64,000 nucleotides of DNA from Alphaproteobacteria bacterium (GCA_031549365.1 JAVBPX010000004.1:1-64000), one strand, 5' to 3'. Shown: positions 51,605-62,117, counted from the first letter of the stretch. Notes: generated from the letters alone by a model not told the origin. A program made the numbers and translations.

Positions 51605-52486
51605 TTATTTAGTTTCTTCTTCGGCCACTTTTCTTGCTTCTTTTTCAATCAGCTTGTCATGACGTTCGTTTTTTGCTTCGGATTTTTTGGATTTTGTTTT
51701 CAATTCTTTTTCTTTGATTTCATCTTCCAATTCTTCCAATTTGTCGCCAGCAACCAACATATCAGATTCAGCTTTTTTAACATTAGATTGGCCCAAACGT
51801 TTTTCAATTCCGGACAATATAGCACCCGCAGCCAAATCACAATACAATTGAATTGCACGACTGGCGTCGTCATTACCTGGAATTGGGAAATCAATTAATT
51901 CTGGATTTGCATTTGAATCGCAAACAGCAATGATTGGCAAATTCAAAACTTTGGCTTCCTTGATAGCATTGTATTCGCGTGGCACGTCAATAACAACAAC
52001 AGCTTGTGGTGTACCGTGCATTTCCAACACACCGCCAAAAGCATCGCGCAATTTTGCAACTTCGCGCGTCATGTTCAAAACTTCTTTTTTGGTCAAACCC
52101 AGAGATTCTGCATCTTCGATTTGTTTTTCCATTGCTTTTAAACGACGGATTGATTGTGAAATTGTTGACCAGTTTGTCATCATTCCACCCAACCAACGGT
52201 TATTTACATAAAATTGTCCGCAACGTTCCGCAGCATCTTTGACGATTTCACGGGCTTGTGGTTTTGTTGCAACGAACAAAATTTTTCCACCGTTTGCAGC
52301 AACTTCTTCCAATTTTTCCATGGCGCGGTGCATCAAAGGCGCGGTTTTGTTCAAATCCATAATGTGGATTTTATCTTTCACACCAAAAACATATGGTGTC
52401 ATTTGTGGGTTCCAACGACGAGTATGATGTCCAAAATGCACACCTGCTTCGATCAGTTGTTTCATAGTAAATTTTGGTAAAGCCAT
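51605..52486 (-). CDS. rpsB: 30S ribosomal protein S2
   Basis: EAGVHFGH...RWNP, RWLGG, IPGNDDA. Confidence 0.98.
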   Translation of the reverse strand: MALPKFTMKQLIEAGVHFGHHTRRWNPQMTPYVFGVKDKIHIMDLNKTAPLMHRAMEKLEEVAANGGKILFVATKPQAREIVKDAAERCGQFYVNNRWLGGMMTNWSTISQSIRRLKAMEKQIEDAESLGLTKKEVLNMTREVAKLRDAFGGVLEMHGTPQAVVVIDVPREYNAIKEAKVLNLPIIAVCDSNANPELIDFPIPGNDDASRAIQLYCDLAAGAILSGIEKRLGQSNVKKAESDMLVAGDKLEELEDEIKEKELKTKSKKSEAKNERHDKLIEKEARKVAEEETK

Positions 52487-52502
52487 AATAATTCCTTTTT
52501 GT

Positions 52503-52600
52503 TTACCAGTTAGTTCCTCGGCTACATAAAAACATCGGAAATTCCGACACCGGATGGTCAATTGGGAACACCCCAAAAACCGATATGTAACCTGTGTATT
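52503..52600 (-). promoter_or_regulatory. rpsB leader (S2 autoregulatory/t44-like RNA)
   Basis: Minus strand ACACAGGTTACAT...GGGGTG...ATGTAGCCGAGGAACTAAC fits the ACAC..GGGUG..GAGG..UAAC layout of rpsB leaders. Confidence 0.6.
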
Positions 52601-52773
52601 TGTCGAAAAAATCAAATTTTCACGACAGTGCGCCCATTATATAACCAAAAACAATGAAAAATCAAGTAAAAACATTAACTTAAAAACATCAACTAATTTG
52701 GAAAAAATTGTTGACAAATCAAATAGAATAGATAACATAATGTACAAACAGCCAAACTAAAAAGGAGCTTAAC

Positions 52774-53091
52774 ATGAAAATAGAAATAAATACATATCAG
52801 GCATATAAAAGTGACAATAGCGGTTTTCCATCAATATCAAAAAGTCATTTTAAAAGACTGAGTACTAATAATGAAACAACCTATGGCTATACCGAAGCAC
52901 TAGAAATTATTGGACCGTGCTATTTGGCCACATCTTGGGATGTTGAACAAGAACTGCCAAAAAACAGCAATTTTCCCATACGATATAACAAAATAAAAGA
53001 TTCAGACTGTTTGGTTTGGATCACAATAAATCCCGTTGAATTAAAACCTAACTTTTACTTCGGATTACTAGCAAAAGCAACAAGTCGATAA
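52774..53091 (+). CDS. Hypothetical protein
   Basis: Strong RBS AAGGAG, TTGACA upstream, terminator at about 53095-53125; no family recognised. Confidence 0.65.
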   Translation: MKIEINTYQAYKSDNSGFPSISKSHFKRLSTNNETTYGYTEALEIIGPCYLATSWDVEQELPKNSNFPIRYNKIKDSDCLVWITINPVELKPNFYFGLLAKATSR

Positions 53092-53128
53092 TTTAAATAA
53101 CCCCGAAATTTTTCGGGGTTATTTTTTA

Positions 53129-53347
53129 TCACAATTCTTCAATTTCAATCAATTTGTCCCGTCCTGTATCACCACGAATAATTTTAATACGCGATTTCGG
53201 GACCCCATAATGCTTTGCCAGCAATTCGGCAACCGCCCTGTTTGCTCTACCATCTTCTGGAACCGTTGTAACATAAACCCGTATCGGATCACCATCAACA
53301 ATCCGATTTTTCGATGAATTTGGCGTAACACGAATATTTATTTTCAT
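53129..53347 (-). CDS. DUF167/YggU family protein
   Basis: RVTPNS, PEDGRAN, IIRGDTGRDKLIEI. Confidence 0.9.
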   Translation of the reverse strand: MKINIRVTPNSSKNRIVDGDPIRVYVTTVPEDGRANRAVAELLAKHYGVPKSRIKIIRGDTGRDKLIEIEEL

Positions 53348-54969
53348 CTGCGGGCCACTTGTTTTTTGGCAACCGCTTTTTTCGCATTTGCATTTATTTT
53401 TTTAGACATATTTACTGTTTTTTTGTCGTTCACATTTTTTTTAGCACTTTCCAATTTCGCAGCTTCTATTTTTTGATTATTTAATTTTTCCAACTTGGCA
53501 ATCTTGGCGCGATACAAATCATTCGGTGCATATTTTTCAGACAGCGTATAATTTGCCAATGCCATTTTATTATCGTGCATTTTTTCGCACGACAGCCCAG
53601 CATTATAATGGGCCATAGCCAAAGCATTCTTATCCATCTTAAGAGCATCCAATTTGCGCAAATTACGAACTATCTGGCGACTGTCTTCATAACGTCCCAA
53701 ACGATATAAAACAAAGCTTAAATCACTATATGCTTGGGCATTTTTTGGATCAATGGATATAATATGTTTAAAGATTTCAGACGCAGATTCCAAATCACCC
53801 TGATCCACAGCCAACAATGCTTTTTTGGATAAATAACCAATATTTTTTTCATCATCCGATGATTTTACGCGCTCTGCTATCAAAACACCCGACCCATTCA
53901 TCGCATCTATATAATTTATTGTTTCTTTTTCATATTTAGCATCCAACAAAACCCGTCCCGACTGAACGCGAGCCAAAACTTTGTTTGGAATAACCTCTGA
54001 AATTTTGGATTTTTTGTTTGTATATTCATAACATTTTTCCAATTTTTCATAATCAATTTTATAAAAACCATCTTTATCGCGATTATATAAAACTCCGCCA
54101 CCGTTACTCTTCAAAGTTTTATTAAAATCATACATCGCAGCTTGTGGAATATTAACAAATTTTACCCAATCAATTTTACCGATATAACAATATGCTTCAA
54201 ACGCACGGCGAATTTCCAACCCTGATGCACGAACGCCCCCAGCACTTAAAAATCCCGTAAAATGCTTTGCAACTGTTTCCGATTTTGCACCATTCATTAA
54301 ATCTTTTAACACACTGGTTGGGTGTTTAATCGGATATCGTTTTAATAATTTTAACATTTCGGCCTTGGTCGCATTTCCAGACCGGTATAATTTTCGAATA
54401 CGCGCCCAACGTTCATCACGAACGCGATTTGGATCAGGGGATTCAAACATCCCTGCCCCACCATTATAAACGAACGAGGCCAACGCCAATGTTTGTTCAG
54501 CACTTAATTCAAGATTTGCAACACAGCAAACATAAAAATACAATGTTAAATATGTTTCAATTTCCAAATGCCATTGAACAATTTCATAACCTTGGTCTGG
54601 GTTTTTTAACGACTTGGTCGAAGGCCCAATAATCCCATCGGGGGAAACCGTACTACCATAACCAATAGTCCATGTCCCGATCGGATTTCCTTTTTTATCA
54701 TATTTATCGTTATACACATTTGGTTTGAATTCTTCATGCAAACACAAAAAAGCCAACATATACGGATCCAACTGATGGCATTGCGTAACATACTCATTAT
54801 ATGTTTCAACATTTTTCAATTTTACATTTTCGATTGTTTTTTCACGTCTGTTTTCTTTGATATTATCAACTATTTTTTTGGCCCCAATTCCACCCAAAAT
54901 CACAGCAGGAATCCCCAATAACAGAGTTGCACGTTTTAATTTCGATTTGATAATAGATTTTTTTGCCAT
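53344..54969 (-). CDS. N-terminally anchored GH24 (phage-type) lysozyme fused to TPR repeats
   Basis: HEEFKPNVYND...WTIGYG, QTLALASFVYNGG, GLEIRRAFE; TPRs DPKNAQAYSDLSFVLYRLGRYEDS and AMAHYNAG. Confidence 0.8.
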   Translation of the reverse strand: MAKKSIIKSKLKRATLLLGIPAVILGGIGAKKIVDNIKENRREKTIENVKLKNVETYNEYVTQCHQLDPYMLAFLCLHEEFKPNVYNDKYDKKGNPIGTWTIGYGSTVSPDGIIGPSTKSLKNPDQGYEIVQWHLEIETYLTLYFYVCCVANLELSAEQTLALASFVYNGGAGMFESPDPNRVRDERWARIRKLYRSGNATKAEMLKLLKRYPIKHPTSVLKDLMNGAKSETVAKHFTGFLSAGGVRASGLEIRRAFEAYCYIGKIDWVKFVNIPQAAMYDFNKTLKSNGGGVLYNRDKDGFYKIDYEKLEKCYEYTNKKSKISEVIPNKVLARVQSGRVLLDAKYEKETINYIDAMNGSGVLIAERVKSSDDEKNIGYLSKKALLAVDQGDLESASEIFKHIISIDPKNAQAYSDLSFVLYRLGRYEDSRQIVRNLRKLDALKMDKNALAMAHYNAGLSCEKMHDNKMALANYTLSEKYAPNDLYRAKIAKLEKLNNQKIEAAKLESAKKNVNDKKTVNMSKKINANAKKAVAKKQVARR

Positions 54970-55091
54970 TTTTCACCTACGATAATTTTCCTAAATTTTA
55001 CCACAAAGTCAACCATTTGTCAAAAATTTAAATTATATATTTCATTCATACTCTTGATTTTATACCTAAAAAATGCTATAATACTCGTGCT

Positions 55092-56378
55092 ATGGGCATT
55101 AAAAACAAAACACATTATTTGGAAAAACCAATCAAACGCCGAACCGTATTGTTGGCGGGCGGCGGGGTTTGTTTAATGATATCTTTGTCCCCTGGCATTT
55201 CATGGGCTGTATCAAAAAACACTTTGAAAAATGTGCGCACTGGGAAACAGCCTGATGATAAAACGCGCATTGTTTTGGAAACTTCGTCAAAACCCGATTA
55301 TGAAATTTATTATTTACAAAATCCAAACCGTATTATGATTGATTTGCCAAACACAAACGGCATTTCCGCTGACAAAGATTTAATTTCCGGATCACTGGTA
55401 TCAAAATTTTCAATTGTACAAAAGGATGCCAACGGATTACGTTTAATATTCACATTGAAAAATCCAGCCATGCCCGTTGCATCTGAAAATTTATTTGCAT
55501 TAAATCCATCAAATGGGACTGGACATCGATTGGTAATGGACATAAAAAAAACAACCGAAGCAAATTTCAAACGCGCCGTAATAAATAATGCACGCGCGAC
55601 AAATAAAAAAACGGATACCGTCTTTTTCTCGTCTGCAACAACAGCAGGAACCGCAACCCAATCAGTTCCACAATCAAACAATAATTCTACGCCATCAAAT
55701 TCGGACAAACCAATCATCGTCATTGATCCCGGACATGGAGGCAAGGATCCAGGATGTATTGGTCGTGGCGGAACACGCGAAAAAGATGTAGTATTAAACG
55801 TCGGCAAAAAACTGGCCACTCAATTGCGAAATTCCGGTAAATATCGCGTTTATATGACACGCGATACTGATATATTTTTAAATTTGGATACACGTTCTGG
55901 CATTGCTGAAAAAAAACACGCTGACTTATTTATATCATTACACGCAAATGCAAATCCTTCACGCCAAATGCGCGGATTTTCTGTTTATACTCTGTCCAAA
56001 AAAGCTTCGGACGCCGAGGCGGAAAAACTGGCCGAGGCTGAAAACGCATCCGATAAAATCGCATTTGACGGATTTGAAAAATATGAACCAGATATCCGCA
56101 GCGCACTGGGTTCATTACAACAACAAATGGTAGCCCAAACATCTGTATCATTTGCGGAACAGGTTGTAAAATACAATCGGGGCAAAGCAATAATTGCCCA
56201 GGATAAACCCCGTCGTTTCGCAAATTTTGCAGTATTACGTTCATCAATCCCGTCCGTATTATTTGAAATTGGACATTTATCAAACGCAACCGAAGAAAAA
56301 CTGTTAACAAACGCAACCCATCACACAAAAATCATAAATGCATTAATCGCAGCTGTTGATAATTTTGAATTTGTGTAA
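55092..56378 (+). CDS. amiC: N-acetylmuramoyl-L-alanine amidase with AMIN domain
   Basis: Tat-like KRRTVL signal, AMIN-like region (PNRIMIDL), IDPGHGGKDPG, FISLHAN, LFEIG. Confidence 0.92.
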   Translation: MGIKNKTHYLEKPIKRRTVLLAGGGVCLMISLSPGISWAVSKNTLKNVRTGKQPDDKTRIVLETSSKPDYEIYYLQNPNRIMIDLPNTNGISADKDLISGSLVSKFSIVQKDANGLRLIFTLKNPAMPVASENLFALNPSNGTGHRLVMDIKKTTEANFKRAVINNARATNKKTDTVFFSSATTAGTATQSVPQSNNNSTPSNSDKPIIVIDPGHGGKDPGCIGRGGTREKDVVLNVGKKLATQLRNSGKYRVYMTRDTDIFLNLDTRSGIAEKKHADLFISLHANANPSRQMRGFSVYTLSKKASDAEAEKLAEAENASDKIAFDGFEKYEPDIRSALGSLQQQMVAQTSVSFAEQVVKYNRGKAIIAQDKPRRFANFAVLRSSIPSVLFEIGHLSNATEEKLLTNATHHTKIINALIAAVDNFEFV

Positions 56379-56447
56379 TAAACACCCTTGAAATCCGCCA
56401 TAATTCAATTATATAGTGCGGACAATTAACAAAAAAACAGGAAAACC

Positions 56448-56948
56448 ATGTCTGAATCATTAAAAAACGAAATTGTTAACGAAAATACATCTGATACATC
56501 CACTGAAAATATGGTTAATATTGAAACGGAATTGCGCTCGGAAATCGCATTATTAAACGATAAATATTTACGCGCAATTGCCGATGCCGAAAACACAAAA
56601 CGACGCGCACGATTGGATGCCGAATCCATGTCAAAAACACGCATGGTTCGCCTGGCAACCGACATATTTCCAGTTTTGGATGCCGTTCGCGCAGCAATCG
56701 CAAACGCCACAGATATTCAATTGGACGGATTGTTGTTAATTGAAAAATCTGCACTTGATGCATTGGGCAATGCTGGGATTAAACCAATCCCAACCGTTAA
56801 TGCAATATTTGATCCAAAACTACACTTTGCTGTAAATACAGAAAAACGCGACGATTTGGCAAAAAACACCATTTTGGCTGAATTGCAATCAGGATTTACC
56901 CTGGATGATATAGTTTTACGCCCTGCAATGGTGATGGTTTCCGCATAA
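56448..56948 (+). CDS. grpE: Nucleotide exchange factor GrpE
   Basis: LRAIADAENTKRR, FDPKLH, GFTLDDIVLRPAMV. Confidence 0.93.
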   Translation: MSESLKNEIVNENTSDTSTENMVNIETELRSEIALLNDKYLRAIADAENTKRRARLDAESMSKTRMVRLATDIFPVLDAVRAAIANATDIQLDGLLLIEKSALDALGNAGIKPIPTVNAIFDPKLHFAVNTEKRDDLAKNTILAELQSGFTLDDIVLRPAMVMVSA

Positions 56949-57059
56949 ATTCTGAATTTTTCCTTGCATTTAACAAACGAATAAATCATAATGGCCTTCG
57001 CCTGTCCCGACACCCTTGGAGGCAGACAGGAAATTAACTAAAATAAAAAGGTCAAAAAC

Positions 57060-57698
57060 ATGTCTAATAAAATTAATCTGACCGTCGGAATTCGTGAACG
57101 TGTTGGCAAGGGGGCCGCACGAGCATCCCGTCGTGATAAAAAAATCCCTGGCGTTATTTATGGTAACAAAAAAGAACCAGTTGCAATTGAAATCAATGCA
57201 CACGAATGGTCGCAATTGATCAAACAACCGGGATTATACACCAAAGAATTCGATATTAAAACACCAAATGGCGCCGAAGTTGCCATGTTGGCAGACATCC
57301 AATATCACCCTGTAACTGATGTACCAACACACGTTGATTTCACACGTATTGATATTAACAAGGAAGTATTGGTCGACATTCCATTGACATTGATTAACGA
57401 AGAAATCGCCCCAGGCGTCAAAGCCGGCGGCGTATTGAATTTCGTTATGCGCGAAGTTACAATTTCCGCAAAAATCGCAAAAGTTCCTGCATCCATTGAA
57501 ATCGATGTTGCAAATATGAACATTGGCGACGTTATTCACGGATCTGACTTGAAATTGCCATCGGGCGTTTCATTGGCCAACAACATGGCTGACGAAGCAT
57601 TCGTTGCAATCACAGGCCAAGCCGAAGAAAAAGAAGAAGCCGCAGTTGCTGCAGACGCAGTCCCAGCAACCAAGGCCAAAGAAGAAGCAAAAAAATAA
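57060..57698 (+). CDS. rplY: 50S ribosomal protein L25/Ctc
   Basis: GKGAARASRR...IPGVIYG, QYHPV...HVDF, PGVKAGG. Confidence 0.95.
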   Translation: MSNKINLTVGIRERVGKGAARASRRDKKIPGVIYGNKKEPVAIEINAHEWSQLIKQPGLYTKEFDIKTPNGAEVAMLADIQYHPVTDVPTHVDFTRIDINKEVLVDIPLTLINEEIAPGVKAGGVLNFVMREVTISAKIAKVPASIEIDVANMNIGDVIHGSDLKLPSGVSLANNMADEAFVAITGQAEEKEEAAVAADAVPATKAKEEAKK

Positions 57699-57805
57699 TT
57701 GCCACTTCGCTTCAATCAACAAGCCCTGCACGTGCAGGGCTTTTTAATGTAATAATAAATCCCCCGGCTGGACCGGGGGGATGGCTTTTCGACAACATAT
57801 TTTAA

Positions 57806-58903
57806 TCATGGATTGGTAAGCCTAAATTCAATCCTACGATTTTGCCTTAAAGACATTTCATCATTACCGGATGATATCGGATACATTTCACCAAAACCTG
57901 ATGGGATTAAGCGACTCTTGTCCACGCCCTGACTCTGCAAAAATTTTGTAACAGACATTGCGCGCGCCAATGACAATTCACGATTATTCTTAAATGATTT
58001 TGTGCCGGGTTTGACAGGCTTAATATCGGTATGCCCATCAACACGAATAATCCATGGCGTACCGGCCGGAATTTTGATTTCCATTGTGCGGATAACATTC
58101 GCAATTTTAATCAATTGTGTGCGCCCTACTGGCTCTAATTCCGCAGATCCGGACGCAAACAAAATTTCGGTCGGCAAAACAAATCTATCATCAGATATAT
58201 CAATTCCGTCCATTCCGCCCAATGACATTTTCATAGCTTTGAAAAATTCGGATTGATATTCCATATATTCAGCCATTTTATTTGCCAGCGCACGATTTAA
58301 TCGCGTTGACATTTCAACGAATTGAACTTCTTGTTCGCGGGCGCGTTCATCGGATTCGGCCAACGCAGCATTTAATTTTGCCAATTCATCTGTTAAAATT
58401 CTTTTTTGTTCTTCGCGGTCACGTAATGCCGCATCCGATTCCATAATCTTGCCTTCCAATCCCATAACCAAATTATTTAAATCGGCCTCACTCATTTCCA
58501 AATCCTGGACCTGTTGTTGATAACGAACTATATCAGCACGGGTTTGATCACGTTCCATTTGCATCTGTTCCATCGCCATACGAATTTGTTCCAACTCGGA
58601 CCGCAATTGTTCGCGCTCTAAATCTAATTGTTGGGCTTGATGTTGAACCTGCATGATAACTTGTTGTGATTGCAATTCTCGTTCGGCCAAATTTTTCAAT
58701 TCCAATTCTTGATCCGCACGGACTTGTTCCAATTCGGCAACTTTTGCCTTGGTATTTTCACGGGCCGGGCCAGAAAACACATTAGTCATTGTATACAAAA
58801 AGATAAATACAATTAATAAAAATATTAAAATAATAACCAAATTTGAAAACAGATCAACAAATGCAGGCCATGCGTTTTCACGTTCTTTGCTTCTTTTGAA
58901 CAT
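57806..58903 (-). CDS. MotB/OmpA-family peptidoglycan-binding protein with long coiled coil
   Basis: WPAFVDL (conserved TM Asp), coiled coil, LFASGSA, VDGHTD, NRELSLARA, NRRIE. Confidence 0.85.
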   Translation of the reverse strand: MFKRSKERENAWPAFVDLFSNLVIILIFLLIVFIFLYTMTNVFSGPARENTKAKVAELEQVRADQELELKNLAERELQSQQVIMQVQHQAQQLDLEREQLRSELEQIRMAMEQMQMERDQTRADIVRYQQQVQDLEMSEADLNNLVMGLEGKIMESDAALRDREEQKRILTDELAKLNAALAESDERAREQEVQFVEMSTRLNRALANKMAEYMEYQSEFFKAMKMSLGGMDGIDISDDRFVLPTEILFASGSAELEPVGRTQLIKIANVIRTMEIKIPAGTPWIIRVDGHTDIKPVKPGTKSFKNNRELSLARAMSVTKFLQSQGVDKSRLIPSGFGEMYPISSGNDEMSLRQNRRIEFRLTNP

Positions 58904-60110
58904 TTCCCCTCTCCTTGTTTAATATAACAACCTTTTTTGGACGTCCCACCTTGCGCACCAATTTTGGTTCAGCTTTCACCAATCTTGGACGCCCAACAGG
59001 ACGAACAGCAACTGGCTCTGATTTAACAGATTTCAAACGAACCGCTGCCGCCGATTTAATCGGCAACGCGGCGGTCATATTATCCATCGATTTTCCCATT
59101 TGCATCATAGCATCCGCCATCATTTTATTCTGTGCCTGGGTTTCATGAATTAACTTTTCCAATACTGGTTTTAATTCAAAATAACCGACAGCCAGTTTTT
59201 GCAAATCTAATGTTTTCTCTTGCGTAGAGGCTGCCAGAGCAGTTACTCCCGACGCCATAGAAGAAACCTTCCTCATAGTATCCATAGATGTTTTTTCAGC
59301 ACCGCCCAGCGATTTTTCTAGCATTTGAACAGATCCCGATAATTCATCCAACACCGATTGAATATATGTTAAAACAGTTTCTTCGCCACGTGCAGCAACG
59401 CCCAAATATCCAAACAATTTTGTTTGATCGGCCAATTGTTCTTCCAGTTCACGATAAACAACATTTTGCGCCAGCGATGCCTGTAATGCCAAAAACCCAA
59501 CTATCAATGATCCAGACAATCCCAAAAACGACGAACTAAACGCAGTACCCATGCCGGACAACGGGGCGAGCAACGTTTCTCGCATTGCATCAAACACAGC
59601 CGACGGATCGGAATCCGCACCCAAAGTCATCGATGCCAAAATATCCGAAAATGATTGAATCGTATGTAACAATCCCCAAAAAGTCCCCAACAATCCCAAA
59701 AAAATTAAAACATTTGTAATGTATCGAACTTGTTCACGCTGATCTTCGAAACGATCCATAATCATACTCAAAAAAGATTGCAAAGTTTGTGATGAAATGT
59801 ACGGTTTGTTTTGCTGACGTACCGACACCAACATTTTTGCCACAGGCTTTAATACATACGGAGGCAATTCCGCATCACGTTTTTTATCCACAAAAAAACG
59901 TTTCATCCAACGATATTCAGGCAATAATTGAAACACATGAACAAAACATAAAATTGTTCCAAACAAAAAGCACCCTAAAATTATTCCATTTAACCATGGG
60001 GCTGTCGCACAAATCCTAATAAATTCATCAAAAAACATAATGATCCCGATTGCAATCAAAGCAATAAAAATAACCATTCTGTTTAATATCCTGTGGAAAC
60101 GGCTGTTCAT
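58878..60110 (-). CDS. MotA/TolQ/ExbB-family membrane protein with long C-terminal tail
   Basis: LIFLGLLGTFWGL and GMGTAFSSSFLGL; overlaps the MotB-like gene. Confidence 0.85.
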   Translation of the reverse strand: MNSRFHRILNRMVIFIALIAIGIIMFFDEFIRICATAPWLNGIILGCFLFGTILCFVHVFQLLPEYRWMKRFFVDKKRDAELPPYVLKPVAKMLVSVRQQNKPYISSQTLQSFLSMIMDRFEDQREQVRYITNVLIFLGLLGTFWGLLHTIQSFSDILASMTLGADSDPSAVFDAMRETLLAPLSGMGTAFSSSFLGLSGSLIVGFLALQASLAQNVVYRELEEQLADQTKLFGYLGVAARGEETVLTYIQSVLDELSGSVQMLEKSLGGAEKTSMDTMRKVSSMASGVTALAASTQEKTLDLQKLAVGYFELKPVLEKLIHETQAQNKMMADAMMQMGKSMDNMTAALPIKSAAAVRLKSVKSEPVAVRPVGRPRLVKAEPKLVRKVGRPKKVVILNKERGNVQKKQRT

Positions 60111-60242
60111 GTAAAAATCCCTCTGTTATCAACAAAGGAATTCTAGCAAAATTCATAAAATCCTGTCAACACTGAAATAGCATTAAAAAAATATGATTAT
60201 TTTCCTTGATTTTAAAATACTGTAATCTAGAATTCCATCGCT

Positions 60243-62117
60243 ATGAGAAAAATCCTATATATCATATCCACAATATTCTTTTTCGGCCCCGCATTTGGGG
60301 CACCAACCTTAATCCAAAGCAATTATATTATTTCAGGCGATCAAACATTTACAACTGACCTAGAAAACCAAGGCACAGTAAATGCAATCATCACAATGAA
60401 CGGAAATAATTTAACATTTGAAAATTCCGGAAAATTCACACAAAACGGCTATTTAAACATCGCACAAAATTCAGTCATAAATTTATATAATTATGACACT
60501 ATACTTAATCCTGTTTTAATATCCGAAAACGCTGTGTTAAATTGGTTTACATCAAGCAATCATCAATTAAAAAATGTATTCACTACCCGTCAAACCAATG
60601 CCAAACTAAATATATATGTTGAATCCAATGAATACACCATTATCCCGAACAACATATCAAACCCAGATCAAATCAACATTAAAAACACAACCTTTGAAAA
60701 CCACTTGAACAACACAACTATAAATATTACAGATTCTGTGTTCAATATTTTAAATACAAATATAATCGATAAATTAAACACATCTGGCCAAAATCTTATT
60801 AACTTTTATATCAACAATGATAATGCGTCCAAATTATATGCAAAAAATCTGAATTTTAATGGAATAGTTGCGCTGGCGTTAAATTTTGATAATTCAATTA
60901 CATTAAATGGGCCAACAACACTGACTTTGATTGAATCTGAAAACGAAAGGGTTGACGACATATTAACATTTGCATCAAACATTCCATCCGCCTTTCGCGC
61001 CAATTTTGCCTCCAACACCCATATCATTAACGTTACCATATCCCGCGAAACAGATTATGAAAAAATCATGGGCACAAATAATCCAATTGCAAAATCATTA
61101 AATTTAATCCGATCATATGATCCAAACAATACATCTCTGGGCCAATTGGATAATATTTATAATTTGAACCAACTGTATTCAGAATTAAATTCGTTTTCAA
61201 AGTTCAATCCAAACATTTTTGGAAATATTTTAAACATCTGGGCAACAGGATTAATCAACGAACAAATAACAAAATTAAATACCGAAAAATTAAAACCGAC
61301 TACTGATTCTTTTTATAATGATCACACATCTGGCATATGGTTAACGGCCCATGGAATCATTACAGACGGCGCCTATTTTGATTCAACAATTTACGGAATT
61401 TCAATGGGTTATAACAAATATTTGAATCAAAATAACACCTTGGGATTTTCGGTTTCTTATGGATATACAGACATTAATGGCGCCCTATATAATGCCACTG
61501 GAAATATGTATAACACACAAATTTATTACCAACTTTATTTAAATAAATTCACCATGGATTTAATCTCGGGATACGCATATTCAGAATATGATGCATACAG
61601 GGAAACCCCTCTTGAATATATAAAATCCAAACCAACCGCATCCGAAATTTACGGTGTCGGGCAGATACGATATAACATATTTGATAATAAAAATTGGTCC
61701 GTCGAGCCCCTGGCTCAAATATCCATGTCGCAAATTACAATGAAAAATTTGTCGGAATCAAATTCATTGTTTGGGATAACATCCGACAATATCACACAAT
61801 CTGGAATAATGGCGTCCGGCGGAATTAACATAACAAACAAAAACTATGTCGAATCCATGTATACAGTTTTTAATGCTTTTATTTTGACAGGAACGCCAAT
61901 CATGACATCCGACAATAATCCATCCGCGTCTATTGATACAATGGAAATAGCAATCAATCCAACGAAAACATTTACCACCAACCTACAAATCGGTTTATCC
62001 GGAACATTTACAACATATTTGGAAAACTTGTCATTGGAACCCAGCTATGTATTTTACATCGATGATAATAAAACCACCGCACACATATTCCGAATTTCAT
62101 TTAAAACTTTATTTTGA
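60243..62117 (+). CDS. Autotransporter-like outer membrane protein
   Basis: Signal peptide, Asn-rich beta-helix-like passenger, C-terminal barrel with alternating pattern ending in F. Confidence 0.75.
   Translation: MRKILYIISTIFFFGPAFGAPTLIQSNYIISGDQTFTTDLENQGTVNAIITMNGNNLTFENSGKFTQNGYLNIAQNSVINLYNYDTILNPVLISENAVLNWFTSSNHQLKNVFTTRQTNAKLNIYVESNEYTIIPNNISNPDQINIKNTTFENHLNNTTINITDSVFNILNTNIIDKLNTSGQNLINFYINNDNASKLYAKNLNFNGIVALALNFDNSITLNGPTTLTLIESENERVDDILTFASNIPSAFRANFASNTHIINVTISRETDYEKIMGTNNPIAKSLNLIRSYDPNNTSLGQLDNIYNLNQLYSELNSFSKFNPNIFGNILNIWATGLINEQITKLNTEKLKPTTDSFYNDHTSGIWLTAHGIITDGAYFDSTIYGISMGYNKYLNQNNTLGFSVSYGYTDINGALYNATGNMYNTQIYYQLYLNKFTMDLISGYAYSEYDAYRETPLEYIKSKPTASEIYGVGQIRYNIFDNKNWSVEPLAQISMSQITMKNLSESNSLFGITSDNITQSGIMASGGINITNKNYVESMYTVFNAFILTGTPIMTSDNNPSASIDTMEIAINPTKTFTTNLQIGLSGTFTTYLENLSLEPSYVFYIDDNKTTAHIFRISFKTLF

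Noticed and set aside
53344-54969. Prophage lysis cassette
   Set aside because: No holin, spanin, structural or integrase genes flank the lysozyme gene.
57806-60110. Zorya anti-phage system or flagellar stator
   Set aside because: No ZorC/D/E-like nuclease or helicase genes and no flagellar genes are adjacent; the context is housekeeping.
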